Below, in pieces: positions 1-10,754 of a stretch of DNA of 64,000 bases. The notes under the pieces are model-generated. The model had not been told where the DNA came from. It worked only from the letters and a program-made list of their open reading frames with translations, and made no database searches. Source of the DNA: Savitreella phatthalungensis (taxonomy: Eukaryota). The stretch is from the NCBI GenBank assembly GCA_051599415.1, contig AP039701.1:372001-436000 (forward strand), in the 5' to 3' direction. Made by a program: the position numbers and the translations under genes. Every line of letters starts with the position of its first letter. Within the stretch, counting starts at the first letter, position 1.

Positions 1-1
1 C

Positions 2-469
2 GAGCTCACCGACACTGATTATCTGCTCGGTATTGCTGATTTATCGGGCGAGTTGGCTCGAAGGGCGATCGCTGCGCTGTCAGGCACCACGTCCGAAGGC
101 GTCAACGGTCCCAGAATTGCGCCTGCCGAGGCTACACGAATTCTCGCAGTCTTGCGCGACATGACACGTCATTTCGAAGCACTGAATCCGATCGGCCAAG
201 CGGCAGGGACCCCCGTCAACTCCCGTCCCGCGACACGCGAAGTGGTTACAAATCAAACCAACGCTGGTGCAGGGCAACCATCGACCGATCCAAAACAGCC
301 AAACGGGCGACCTTCGGCAGGTCCAGGCTCGACCCCGTTCTCCCGCGAGCTCGCCAAAAAGGTAGAGGTGATGCGAGCGAGTGTAAAAAAGGTGGAGTCT
401 GGCCTCTTTGACTACCTGGTCCGCGGCAGGGAGCGCATCGCAGGACCTGCTGCTCCGACCGATGAATGA
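2..469 (+). CDS. TSNAX: Translin-associated factor X (TRAX), C-terminal part; 5' end lies outside the window
   Basis: Frame open from base 2 reads ELTDTDYLLGIADLSGELARRAI...LAKKVEVMRASVKKVESGLFDYLVRGRE, matching the TRAX/translin motifs DYLLG-ADL-GEL and KK-EVM--SV-KVE----VRG-E. Confidence 0.8.
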   Translation, partial: ELTDTDYLLGIADLSGELARRAIAALSGTTSEGVNGPRIAPAEATRILAVLRDMTRHFEALNPIGQAAGTPVNSRPATREVVTNQTNAGAGQPSTDPKQPNGRPSAGPGSTPFSRELAKKVEVMRASVKKVESGLFDYLVRGRERIAGPAAPTDE

Positions 470-509
470 AGGGTGTTTATATACATTGACTACTTATGAA
501 AGGATATGC

Positions 510-1355
510 TTATGCCTTGACTTGAGCATTTGCGCGATTCAGGAGAGCCATCTTGTGAACGGCCTCTTTCTTCTGAAATACTTGAGATGTGCCATCGAGT
601 ACGGCACTGATCTCCTGTGCGAACCTGACCGGGAAGCGCTTGTCGGAGCGCTTGTCTGCGCTCTCGAGAATCCACGTGATTGCCTTACGGCGACGACCCT
701 TTTCATTGAGCGGAATCGGCACTGGCACGTTCTTCGAGCCGACCTTGCGCTGGATGAGCTTAACAAGTGGCGAACACTGATCAATCGCATCCTTTAGGGC
801 ATGAACTGGGTCTGTGAATGGCACCGAGCCGACACCGTTACGCTGAAGGATGTTCAGTGTGTCCTGCACCCGACGAGTAGCTTGCGCCTTCTTCCCATGC
901 TTCATCGTCAACCCAATCAGATGTTTCAGCACTGGGTCGGAATCTGGTAAATTGTACGGCAATTGGATCTGGCTGGCGGTCAAGCGCTCTGTGACAGGCT
1001 CGAGCGCTGATAGCACTCTCGAGCTGGTGGAGAATTCGCGACGGGTGGACGCACCGGTCGAGCCAGACTTGGGATTGCTCTTCAAACCTTCCTTGATTAC
1101 CTTTGGTGCGGATGGATCATCCTTGAGAAGCTCTCCAACAGAAATACCTTCCTCCTCCTCGGTTGGAGATTTGACGCCTTTGATCACATTGTCGTATGCC
1201 ACTGCTTCCTCGTTCACGTGCGGCATGGTTTGCGTGTCCCTGGGCGTGTTCGAGATACCGCCCTGGCTCTTGGGCACTTTATCGCTCATCAGTCGGGCTC
1301 GACAAGACAATCGCAGACGCGGCGGCCGCGCCAGCGTCATTCGAGCCGGCTGCAT
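510..1355 (-). CDS. RSM7: Mitochondrial ribosomal protein S7 (uS7m)
   Basis: S7 domain: MKHGKKAQA, AIDQCSPLVKL, PVPIPLNEKGRRRKAITWILESA, KKEAVHKMALLNRANA. Arg-rich presequence from the first ATG at 1355; the listed ORF start at 1487 is non-ATG. Confidence 0.92.
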   Translation of the reverse strand: MQPARMTLARPPRLRLSCRARLMSDKVPKSQGGISNTPRDTQTMPHVNEEAVAYDNVIKGVKSPTEEEEGISVGELLKDDPSAPKVIKEGLKSNPKSGSTGASTRREFSTSSRVLSALEPVTERLTASQIQLPYNLPDSDPVLKHLIGLTMKHGKKAQATRRVQDTLNILQRNGVGSVPFTDPVHALKDAIDQCSPLVKLIQRKVGSKNVPVPIPLNEKGRRRKAITWILESADKRSDKRFPVRFAQEISAVLDGTSQVFQKKEAVHKMALLNRANAQVKA

Positions 1356-1725
1356 TCTCTGGACGCGGTGATGTGATGGTAGCCGCTTTACGTGCAAACT
1401 CAACGTCAGAACGATCTCCAATCCTGACGCTTGCTCGGGTCGAGATCCTGCTGAACAAGTTAATTCTTTAGCGCAGACTGAACACAAATCATGTGCGACG
1501 CCACAATTGGCAATGACGACACGCTCAGCCCCAAATCACGTGTAAAAATAGGCCGCTACGAGGTCATGAGACCTAGCCAACAAGAGCTATTTTGGCCACA
1601 AGGATGGGCATACGACGGAGCCTTTGACGAACCCCGGTGCTGAAGATAGACACGCAGACCCACGGAAACTATAGAAGGGCTGTTCCGCATTTCATTATTC
1701 ATTAACGTAAAATTAGTGCTCATCA

Positions 1726-4335
1726 TTAAGAGAGATCGAACCCAGCAGCTGAGGTGATAGCATACCGCAGTTTGTCGCGCATTGTCTGCTTGTCCTTGTA
1801 TCTCGGCAATTTGAGCAAATTGACACAAGTCGAAGCAGTTGGAAGTCGCGTTGCATCCTCTCCGGCAACCATGCGTACGGAGAACTTCGGCTGCAGCTCC
1901 GAGAATCCGAGTAGTGGAGGTCGCGGCGTAGATGTGACAAACTTGACCAAATTTCGCTGATCGGCTTCGTCCATCTCTCGGACGACTTGCCAAAACAACC
2001 GGATGGACGGGTCCTGTGCAGCGGAAGTATTGCCATATTCTGTGTGCTTCTCCAGATCGTCGACGTCGATGCTCCCAGACACTCCGCCCACGAGAGCCTG
2101 GAGCTCCACGACGCCAAACATTGCCAGGCATTTTGGGTCGACGACAGCCTTCAAACCCGCCACAAAAGCCTGAGTCTGCTTGGCAATTCGCGCGTTCAGC
2201 TTGTAGTTGCAAACGAGGTGGATATAGTGTAGTCGGTTGCTATTGGTCACCGGCGTGTCTGGCAGTAATGTGATTGTTGATCGACGCCCAAAATCATCCT
2301 CCTCTAGGGTGAAATCGAGGCTCAGGTCATTTTCGACGTCACCACCGTACTTCTTGAGCTCGAGAAGGCCTTGATAGAGATCTCGATCCATAGCTCTAAG
2401 ATCATCTAGTCTCACCGGTCTGCCGACCCATCGATTCAGGAAGAATGGCGCGAATGCGACATCGATCAGAACGCCCTCGTATATACACTTCGCCACCACT
2501 CGACCCAGATATTCATAGTGGCGGAGCTGCTCTGGGGCACGCGCGTAACTTGACGGGTTCGGATATAGCAATCGATCCGCCGTCTCGACGAAGAGACCAG
2601 CCCGAGGGTTGAAGGCCTGAGCACATGTATGAGATAGGAACTCCTTCGTCAGGCCACCGCCATCGATGCCGGCCTCATCGAGGCCGAAGCTATCGAGATA
2701 ATTAATAGAAAGTGGTGCGCGCAAGGCGCCACCAATCTCCCACAAGGCTGCATACCCATCCTCAAATTCGTGCTCCCGCCGAATGGTCGCACGGTAGCGC
2801 TGTCGTGCGCCGAAATGATCGTAGTAGCCGCTGGCGGCTGCATCCTTCAACACGAGCTGCCTCAGAACACCAATTCGCATATCGAACGGGACCATCCAGG
2901 GAGAGTGCGTAAGCAGCGAGACGCGCGGATCCACGTACTGATAGTATCCTTTTCTATCCATCGCATCATCGTCCTCGAGGTCTTCTTCCGAGGAGAGCTC
3001 CTCCTTCAGCGACATGTGTTCGACAACCTGCTTCTCGAAATTGCGCAAGTCAAAGTAGTCTGGTAACAGCCAAAGGCTCGGCTCCGAGAAGGCACGCCGA
3101 CTATTTCTTGCATACAACTGGTTGAGCAAGCGGGACAGCACGTCTGTGACGTATTTCGTGTTGACACCACGCATCGCGTAGACCGTCTCGTTTATCGTCA
3201 GGTTGTAAATCGCCTTTGGGTCCGGTGAAGCGTAAGTCGCGTACAATTGCGCATTGAGAATTTTGACAAGCTCGCATACCCTTTCCTGCGAAAGCACCCC
3301 CGGAAATTCGTCGTCCGTCATGGTGACGAGAAGCCTTGAATAAATCTCTGCGAGGACAAGCGTCTCGGCTGCCGTGTCGCCGAGGAGTGACAGCATCCGC
3401 TCTGCACGCGCGGCCAGCCGCGCGACAATCAAGTCTTTTCTGTCTGGGTAGCACGACATCATCGCGAGTGACCAAAGGGCCATCCATTCCGTCGACACGC
3501 CTGTGATCCTGTCAATCCAGTTGGCAACATCCCAAGCTACGTGCTCGTCATGGAAGTCGAGATCGACCACGAGGGAATACGTGAGCTCGAAGAAAGCTTG
3601 ACATGGCGTCGCAAGGACGAGTACATTCTGTAACGTATTGATCTTGTCATCCAGGCTATATCGTCCGGAGGAGAATCCGGCGGATACGATCGCGTTTGCT
3701 GTGGGCAGTACCTCAGTAGCCTGCCTGCTCAGGTCTGTTCGCAACACCCCCAGGCGACGAAGTCCCGGTAAGTGTAAAAGCGTCATGAGCGCGATCTGTA
3801 AGCCCTCGCCTTTTTGCAGTCCACGTCTCACAGCCTGTGAGAGCATTTGTTCGTCACCTGTCACGAGTTCACGCGCGATGATCTCGAAGTACTGCCGAAG
3901 ATCCGACGGTTCGAGCTCAGGCAACAGGCGCATGGCGTCGTCGCCGAGAGGCGCATTCAGACGCAGCATCTTGGCGATCAGTCTGTCAGAGTGTCTTGCC
4001 GCCTCCGGGGTGCCCGGCAGTGCCGAGAGCAGCTGCAGGAAGCTGATGCGGTCACGTGAACTTACACCGAGAAAACACTGACGCACGATGGTGCCATGAA
4101 GATCTTGCGTGTCATGAGACCGTAGGCGATCCAAGCTAAGCTGCTGCTGCCGATGCGCATGCCAGGTCCGCTGAATCATGAGAGCTGCATCATGACGCCG
4201 CCGACCGGCCTCACGCAGCTCGCGCTGTTCTGCTGCCTTGGCAAGGACCTCTTCCCTTGTGAGCTGGCGAGCACCACCGCGACCGCCCAGGTTCACTCTA
4301 GGTCGTACCGCGGCTTGTCCACCGAAAGATCGCAT
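1726..4335 (-). CDS. HUL5: HECT-type E3 ubiquitin ligase, UBE3C/Hul5 family
   Basis: N-terminal F-G--RPRVNLGG and IQ-like AALMIQRTW; C-terminal HECT with EAGIDGGGLTKEF and the catalytic LPTASTCVNLLKLP, ending GFDLS. First ATG at 4335. Confidence 0.9.
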   Translation of the reverse strand: MRSFGGQAAVRPRVNLGGRGGARQLTREEVLAKAAEQRELREAGRRRHDAALMIQRTWHAHRQQQLSLDRLRSHDTQDLHGTIVRQCFLGVSSRDRISFLQLLSALPGTPEAARHSDRLIAKMLRLNAPLGDDAMRLLPELEPSDLRQYFEIIARELVTGDEQMLSQAVRRGLQKGEGLQIALMTLLHLPGLRRLGVLRTDLSRQATEVLPTANAIVSAGFSSGRYSLDDKINTLQNVLVLATPCQAFFELTYSLVVDLDFHDEHVAWDVANWIDRITGVSTEWMALWSLAMMSCYPDRKDLIVARLAARAERMLSLLGDTAAETLVLAEIYSRLLVTMTDDEFPGVLSQERVCELVKILNAQLYATYASPDPKAIYNLTINETVYAMRGVNTKYVTDVLSRLLNQLYARNSRRAFSEPSLWLLPDYFDLRNFEKQVVEHMSLKEELSSEEDLEDDDAMDRKGYYQYVDPRVSLLTHSPWMVPFDMRIGVLRQLVLKDAAASGYYDHFGARQRYRATIRREHEFEDGYAALWEIGGALRAPLSINYLDSFGLDEAGIDGGGLTKEFLSHTCAQAFNPRAGLFVETADRLLYPNPSSYARAPEQLRHYEYLGRVVAKCIYEGVLIDVAFAPFFLNRWVGRPVRLDDLRAMDRDLYQGLLELKKYGGDVENDLSLDFTLEEDDFGRRSTITLLPDTPVTNSNRLHYIHLVCNYKLNARIAKQTQAFVAGLKAVVDPKCLAMFGVVELQALVGGVSGSIDVDDLEKHTEYGNTSAAQDPSIRLFWQVVREMDEADQRNLVKFVTSTPRPPLLGFSELQPKFSVRMVAGEDATRLPTASTCVNLLKLPRYKDKQTMRDKLRYAITSAAGFDLS

Positions 4336-5915
4336 GTCCTGCACGCCTGAAGCGCCGATCGACACGACCTTATGTTGGCTTGCGCGTCCTTTGCCATCAT
4401 GTCACATCGAACATATCCGTATCTGGGACATTCCATCATAGACGCCACGCTCCAGCCACAGAATTTTCACGTGTCATGAGCACTAATCGGTCAAATCAAG
4501 TTCTCGTCGAGGATTGAAACGTTGGATGCAAAGCGCCATTCGAGGAGTGAGGCGATGGATGAAGAGAGCGCTAGGCACGACAAGATGCAAGACGGGACAC
4601 GATATTGCAGTGAACACCCTGCCGAGAGCGAGCAGCATTCGAAAGACGCATCAAATTCTCAGAATTCTGCTGGATGAAATGCACTGGCGATAGCTGAGCG
4701 GCAATGTCGGCTAAGTGGCGACAGGGATTGTCCATCAGACATGAGCGGAGGTCAAACAAGGTCTTCCGTTGACCCTGCATACCTCTGTACAAAACCAACC
4801 GTGGCGCGACATGCTTTGCAGACTGGCAGATGCGCAACTTCCGCGGCCGCTGACATGCAATAAGGCAAGCCATGCTCATGTCTTCATCGATGCGAGGCAC
4901 CGGATCGCTATCTGCGTCTGTGTTGACGCGAGGCCACGTCTAGATTTTGACCACGAGGACTCAGGTCGCGGAAAGGTGGATGGCCAATCCTTTGCATCAC
5001 ATGCTCTTGTAGAGTGGTGCCCGGCGCAAGTACCATACAATTTCCATGCAACACTGAAGCTTATGAACTTGCTGGGGGCAGCCCAGAGCTTCGACCGGAG
5101 GACTGGTTAGAGACCAAGGAGGGTGTTCCGTCCGCTTGTGAACCAAGCCAAAGATAGCAGATGGCGCTCCGAAAGCATGAAAAGTAGTTTGAGCCACGAC
5201 TAGCACGAAGTGCACCTGTCTGAGATTCGACCCCAGTCGGATTCACCTTTGCCGCGTTTCCGCAATCTCATCCAAGCGGATTCTCGAAGATGAATCCATT
5301 GCTTTTCATCTGAATCCTGGAATAATTCTCGATCGCGAGGCAAATCCTGGCGAAGTCCGGACCAGTCAGAATTGCGTTCGCCTACACTCACCTCGTTTTC
5401 AATTTTATGGTTGGCGGTCTGTGGATCTAACGGGATTCAGAGGAAGCCAGAGAATAACCTAGACCAACAGCCCGAAATTTCAAGGTATGCAGTTTAGATA
5501 AATTATCATGGTTTAGATTCAGTTTCCATAGATCGTGATTTATCTATGCTGGATGTAAATATGCTTCCTTCCTGGTTCGAGCACGAGGAATCCAATTTTC
5601 ATTCCTCGCCTGAGTTGTGGTACCCTCGACAAGGAAACGCCGATGCATGGCGACCAGTGAATGGATAGCATCAGTTGATATCTACGCCAGTACAATTCAG
5701 TTTGAGCTCATCCTGATTCGGTTTGCGTAGGAGAGCTTTCGTGGAGTGGTCCTAGCCGGTCTCTGACTAGTTAACCAATCAGATACACGACGCTTCAAAG
5801 TTCAATATACTCGTCCGCCCCGCGCAATCGACTGCACGAGGAAACTTTCACGCAGACACAGTATAAGAAGAGGAGTCGCCTCACAATCACAACAATCACC
5901 AACATATCGCCAGAC

Positions 5916-7412
5916 ATGTCCAAGATCACGGCAGACCCGACTATCGAGGCCATTGCCGAAGGTCGCCTTGTAGATGCTGCTAACCCAGAGGGAGGCGAAT
6001 TCCACGTCGATAATCGCTCGGAAGCACAGAAATACTGGAATGTCTTCGTTGCAGGCGGCGCTCTCTTCTCCGATGGATACATCGCATCCTCTATCGGCCC
6101 TGTCATCAGTATCGTGAAGAAGATCTACCCGCGAGAGGCTAAGAAGTCTCAGGCTTTCCGCCTGCTCAGCAGTATCGTGTTTGCTGGCACCATCGTGGGT
6201 CAACTCACGTCTGGTATTCTCACTGATCGCATCGGCAGACAGAAGACTCTTGTGGGCGCAACTGTCCTTCTCATCTTCTGGTCGCTGATGTGTGCTGCTG
6301 CATACGGATACCACGGTTCGATTTACGGCTTGATGGCCGCGCTCACAACATACCGCTGCTTCCTCGGTGTTGCCCTCGGTGCCGAATACCCAGCTTCTTC
6401 GGCCACGGCAATCGAGTCAGCCGCCGAGACTAAACCTGGTTTCCGGCACGGAATCTTCGCCCTCGTTACCAATTGCGCTATCGACATCGGTTTCGTCGTC
6501 GGTCCAACGGTGGGTTTCATCGTAGTGTCCGCCACAGGCGTCAACCACCTCCGTGCCGCTTGGCGTATCATCATCGCTCTCGGTGCCGTATTCCCGTGCT
6601 TCCTTCTATTCTTCCGTCTGAAGATGCACGAGCCAGTGGCCTACAAGAAAGCTGCATCGAAGCTCGGACCTAAGCACTATTGGCTGGCACTGCGCAAATA
6701 CTGGCCTCGTCTCGCTGCGATTTCCCTGATTTGGTGGACCTACGACTTCACATCTTACTCGTTTGGCACATTCTCCACCGTCGTTGGAGAGTCGATTCAG
6801 CCAGCTGACGCCGGCTATGCACGTGGTATCGCTTACGGAGCGGCCATCAACGCATTCTACGTTCCCGGTGCATTCACCGGTCTCTTGCTCGTTGATCGTG
6901 TCGGTCCGCGCTGGACGATGGCGCTAGGCATTGGTATTCAGTGCATCATCGGCTTCTTCTTCTATGGCTTCTACGCAAATATCGCCAAGTCGGTCGCTGG
7001 ATACACTGTGCTGACTGGATTCTTCCTCGCTTTCGGCGAGTGGGCAGGCGACACGATCGGTATGGTTTCTGCTGCTTCCTTCCCGTCGCCAGTCCGCGGA
7101 CAATTCTATGCTGTGGCTGCGGCCATCGGCAAGTCTGGAGCGTTTATTGGCGCCTACTGCTTCGAGTGGATTGCACAGCGTGGCGACCCAGAGAACCCCG
7201 ACTCTGTCAAGGCATACCGCGCCAACATCCTCGTCGGCTCGGTCTTGGCCCTCGTTGCTACCATCACGTGCATCTTCCTTCCACGTCTGTCGCAGGACGC
7301 CGTGCAGGAGGAGAACGCTGCTTGGGCGGCATACCTCCAGGAGCACGGCGCAGCTATGGAGCACACAGACACAAACTCTGTTGCAAGCAGCGATGTCAAG
7401 ACCAAGAATTAG
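5916..7412 (+). CDS. GIT1: MFS glycerophosphodiester/glycerophosphoinositol transporter (Git1-like)
   Basis: About 12 hydrophobic segments; motifs GGALFSDGY, FAGTIVGQL-G---DRIGR, LGAEYP, VRGQFYAVAAAIGKSGAFIG. Confidence 0.85.
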   Translation: MSKITADPTIEAIAEGRLVDAANPEGGEFHVDNRSEAQKYWNVFVAGGALFSDGYIASSIGPVISIVKKIYPREAKKSQAFRLLSSIVFAGTIVGQLTSGILTDRIGRQKTLVGATVLLIFWSLMCAAAYGYHGSIYGLMAALTTYRCFLGVALGAEYPASSATAIESAAETKPGFRHGIFALVTNCAIDIGFVVGPTVGFIVVSATGVNHLRAAWRIIIALGAVFPCFLLFFRLKMHEPVAYKKAASKLGPKHYWLALRKYWPRLAAISLIWWTYDFTSYSFGTFSTVVGESIQPADAGYARGIAYGAAINAFYVPGAFTGLLLVDRVGPRWTMALGIGIQCIIGFFFYGFYANIAKSVAGYTVLTGFFLAFGEWAGDTIGMVSAASFPSPVRGQFYAVAAAIGKSGAFIGAYCFEWIAQRGDPENPDSVKAYRANILVGSVLALVATITCIFLPRLSQDAVQEENAAWAAYLQEHGAAMEHTDTNSVASSDVKTKN

Positions 7413-8319
7413 TTCTGGCTATTTGCAGGTCATTTATTCATTGTGTAGTCAACCATCAATTTTGCTACTGTACTCCGTTCACGCTCTTATTTGTCACACA
7501 GGTGTTTCTTCATCCATCGCCTGGGATAAACATTGTACCTTAGATGATGCCGTAGTTTCGGTCGATTGGGGTACCAGGTGACTTGAGCCATGATGAAGAC
7601 TCGCCGCCTGACACGTGTCTCATCCGACGAACTCGTGACCCTGCATCTCTCTTTCAATCTAGGTATAGCTAGTTCTACTATCGACCGAGATTAGATTCCA
7701 TATTTCAGATATATCCACACCACTTAAAGAGATCCAGGCTCCTTGCAGTGCACAATGGACACACAGCTCGGTCATGCCTTTTGAAATTTTTAAGTGAGGA
7801 GAAAAGCAGTTTATCGATTCAGCGAAAATAGATTCGCATATGGACACTGTCCTGAGTGAGCGAACATTGACCTTGCCATATGCACAAGCACCACCACTCT
7901 AAAAAATACACTGGAAGAATTGAATTTCACAATTCAGATAATTTGATAACCCTGCATGGCCACCATATATGCATCCATGATCTGTACTGAACATCCATTA
8001 TCATGTAAACTTTGATCATTCTGCAGCAGTATTCGAAATTTCAAACAGATCATCTAGCTGCTGGGTGATTGATTTCTCAGAGCTCATACATAATCTATCA
8101 ATCGATCGAATTGGGAATTGCGCAAACGACAGACTCCGCCTTTTGTGATTGATCACATCACAAAACGCAAATGCATACTCTCACACACTTGGTAGAGCCT
8201 GTTCGGGATCTCGGTCAACGGCCAAACTTCAGCCAAGCACATCAACCATCATCAACATCCCTGAGCACGACACAGCATACAAGAATATACGACAACGGAT
8301 ATGCGCTAGGCCACAGATT

Positions 8320-9408
8320 ATGAGCAAGCGAAGTTTCGGACTGTTTCATAGGCACAAGCGATCAACCGAGAACGCTAATCATGCGATCGAGGACGCTGCA
8401 GCGACCGCGGCGCAATACGAGCGACTTGCCATCCGCGGCAACATTACTCACGTCTGGGGAGAGGATCTGCCAGTCTCCATGCGGCATGAGCAACAGCGCC
8501 GACAATCTGTAGACAAGACCACCTCGACCCATGACGTGCCACCAGGATCGCCGGAGACTCTCGCACAGACGGCACAGCAGCTACAAGCAGCGCTTGCACC
8601 TCCATTGATTCAGGATCCACCCCGACCGGGCAACTCACCTCTCCAACACTCACACAGCATAGCTTCAGCGACATCCTCCACAGCAAGCGATCCACGTGGT
8701 CTCCATAGCAAAGGAATCACGCGCCACTGGTCCTTTGGCCCGTCGACAATCTCCCTAGCCTCATTCGTGAACGACGAAGCAGCAGTAGGACGGCGACCGA
8801 GCAAAGTCTCTTCTACATCGACGACTTTGCTTCGCCGAGGTACGACTACGCGGTCAGCCCAGAGTGACGCGCACATCGAGATTGCCGGCGCGCGGGACGA
8901 TTCGCCAGATGGAATCTATGCTCAGCGACTGCCGGAATCCCTGAGGAGTTCCGGTATCCCCGGGTATGGGCGAAGTTGGAGTGCGAGTCATTTGCCCGGT
9001 CTACAAGACGCTGCCTTCCAATCAACCCATCAGGTGGATTCGACGTGGTCGCAGGAGGAGCTGGCACAGAGACAGCTTGCCTTGCACGCCCAGCTGACGC
9101 ATCTGCACGGTCTAATTGCCGCCACGGACGCCACATCGACAGAGAACGACTTTGAAGATGATGGCAGTGCTTTCGACGACGACGGCTCATCGCTTTCGGG
9201 CTTGTCTGAGGTCAATGCAGGGTACTCGGATTGTGACGACGCCGATGAGGCCGAACGCAAGGACACCTTGGCGCTCGGCAGATCTCAAAGACCACAACGC
9301 ATCAGCAGGCATGGCGGATCACTACCTCCCAGCGGCGGCGGTTACGCAGGACCCTGGACCGGGGTCACGCTTCACGATGCTGATGGCGAGTCAGGCGACT
9401 GGGACTAG
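8320..9408 (+). CDS. Hypothetical low-complexity, largely disordered protein
   Basis: 362-codon ORF from the ATG at 8320; Ser/Thr-rich with a short coiled coil (QEELAQRQLALHAQLTHLHGLI) and an acidic tract. No family recognised. Confidence 0.65.
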   Translation: MSKRSFGLFHRHKRSTENANHAIEDAAATAAQYERLAIRGNITHVWGEDLPVSMRHEQQRRQSVDKTTSTHDVPPGSPETLAQTAQQLQAALAPPLIQDPPRPGNSPLQHSHSIASATSSTASDPRGLHSKGITRHWSFGPSTISLASFVNDEAAVGRRPSKVSSTSTTLLRRGTTTRSAQSDAHIEIAGARDDSPDGIYAQRLPESLRSSGIPGYGRSWSASHLPGLQDAAFQSTHQVDSTWSQEELAQRQLALHAQLTHLHGLIAATDATSTENDFEDDGSAFDDDGSSLSGLSEVNAGYSDCDDADEAERKDTLALGRSQRPQRISRHGGSLPPSGGGYAGPWTGVTLHDADGESGDWD

Positions 9409-9566
9409 CCGATGGTGATCCAAAGTCTACAGGAGCGCATGTAAACGAACACGGTCATTGAAGAGACCTCGACTACTGTAGACGTGAACGACGACACCTC
9501 GTTAGTAATGAAAGGACAAAATGAATCGGAAAAAGCCAATGCAGGCGCTACGTGAGCAATAGAAAT

Positions 9567-10754
9567 CTAGGCTAGCCCGAGGTACTGCTTGCCGAGAGCA
9601 GACAGTGACGAGTAGTCATTAGTGACAAGCATGTTCTGTGCTCCGAGGGCGGCATCGGTGATGAGCTCTGCACCGAACCATGCATACCGCTCGATCCAGC
9701 TCGTGCTGTCCATCCAGGTCGTCGCGGCCGACATGAAGGCAGCCACGTCGGCTTGCGACGGATTCGTTGCCACATTCCAGTTCGTGCACGCAAACTCAGT
9801 CACCCAGACGGGTTTGGTCGGGGCGAGCGCGTGGACGGCAGCCAGCTGCGTCTCCAGCATCGCCAACGTCGGACCGTACCAGTGCTGGGTGATGAAGTCG
9901 ATCTCGCAGTCCGCGCATGCCGCGAGGAACTCCGTCAGCCACGTGATCCCCGAACCTCCATTCGAGCACGCAGGCGAGCCCAGCCTCGACACCTGGCCCG
10001 ACTTGCGCAACGGTGTCAAATATTGCCTGTAGAGCGCGGCAACAGCGGCAGGCGACATGTTTGCCTGTGCTCCCTGGTCTGGCTCATTTGGACCGACGAG
10101 AATTGAACCTGATGGAACTGCGGCCGCGAGGTTGTTGATGTTGTCGTTGCCCCACTGCGTATACACGAATGGGATGGACGACAACGCCGACGTCGAACCA
10201 GAGCCCCAGTTGTGGTACCAGCCGAGGGCGGAAGCGTGAGATGAAAAGACGCCAGCGGCGGAGACAGGATTTGCAGAGGGCCACGCGAGTCCCCGCTTCA
10301 CTCCTGATCCAACACCCGAGCCCGTGCTCTTGCTCGTGGTGGCGGCCGGAGTCGTCGTCGACGACGAGGCTGCCGGAGACGTGACGACAGCAGGTATAGA
10401 GGTGGTCGTGCCGAGCGTCGTCGAAGATCCGATGGAGGCTACAGGAGTCGTCGCAGCGGCCAGCGCTGTCGACGGACTCGTTGTCACCGCAGGAACAACT
10501 GCTGCAGCGATGATTGGATTGGTGGCGAAAGAGGCAGCAAGAGGCGATGCAGCAGTTGCATCGGCGGCTGTGAGCGAGCCAGTCTGCGTGTACGTCACAT
10601 ATTCAGTCACCATCACCGTCTCGTACACGACGTCGTCCGGGACTGCCTCGCGGCGGTGGTGATGGTGTCCCACATTCCGGCGTCCATGGTGTGCGTCGTG
10701 CCCTGGCGCAGCAAGAGCGAGCGTGGCCGTCAGCAGCAAAGCAAAGATGACCAT
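9567..10754 (-). CDS. Secreted GH128 beta-1,3-glucanase-like protein (Asl1-like, Glyco_hydro_cc)
   Basis: Signal peptide, His-rich pro-region ending RR, Ser/Thr/Ala-rich linker, then KRGLAW, WYHNW, NEPD (acid/base), HWYG, WVTEFA (nucleophile) and IERYAWFG. Confidence 0.88.
   Translation of the reverse strand: MVIFALLLTATLALAAPGHDAHHGRRNVGHHHHRREAVPDDVVYETVMVTEYVTYTQTGSLTAADATAASPLAASFATNPIIAAAVVPAVTTSPSTALAAATTPVASIGSSTTLGTTTSIPAVVTSPAASSSTTTPAATTSKSTGSGVGSGVKRGLAWPSANPVSAAGVFSSHASALGWYHNWGSGSTSALSSIPFVYTQWGNDNINNLAAAVPSGSILVGPNEPDQGAQANMSPAAVAALYRQYLTPLRKSGQVSRLGSPACSNGGSGITWLTEFLAACADCEIDFITQHWYGPTLAMLETQLAAVHALAPTKPVWVTEFACTNWNVATNPSQADVAAFMSAATTWMDSTSWIERYAWFGAELITDAALGAQNMLVTNDYSSLSALGKQYLGLA

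Noticed and set aside
4520..5250. Short ORFs between HUL5 and GIT1 (e.g. 4769..5110)
   Set aside because: Short, mostly non-ATG starts and no motif; cannot be told from random ORFs or a decayed gene.
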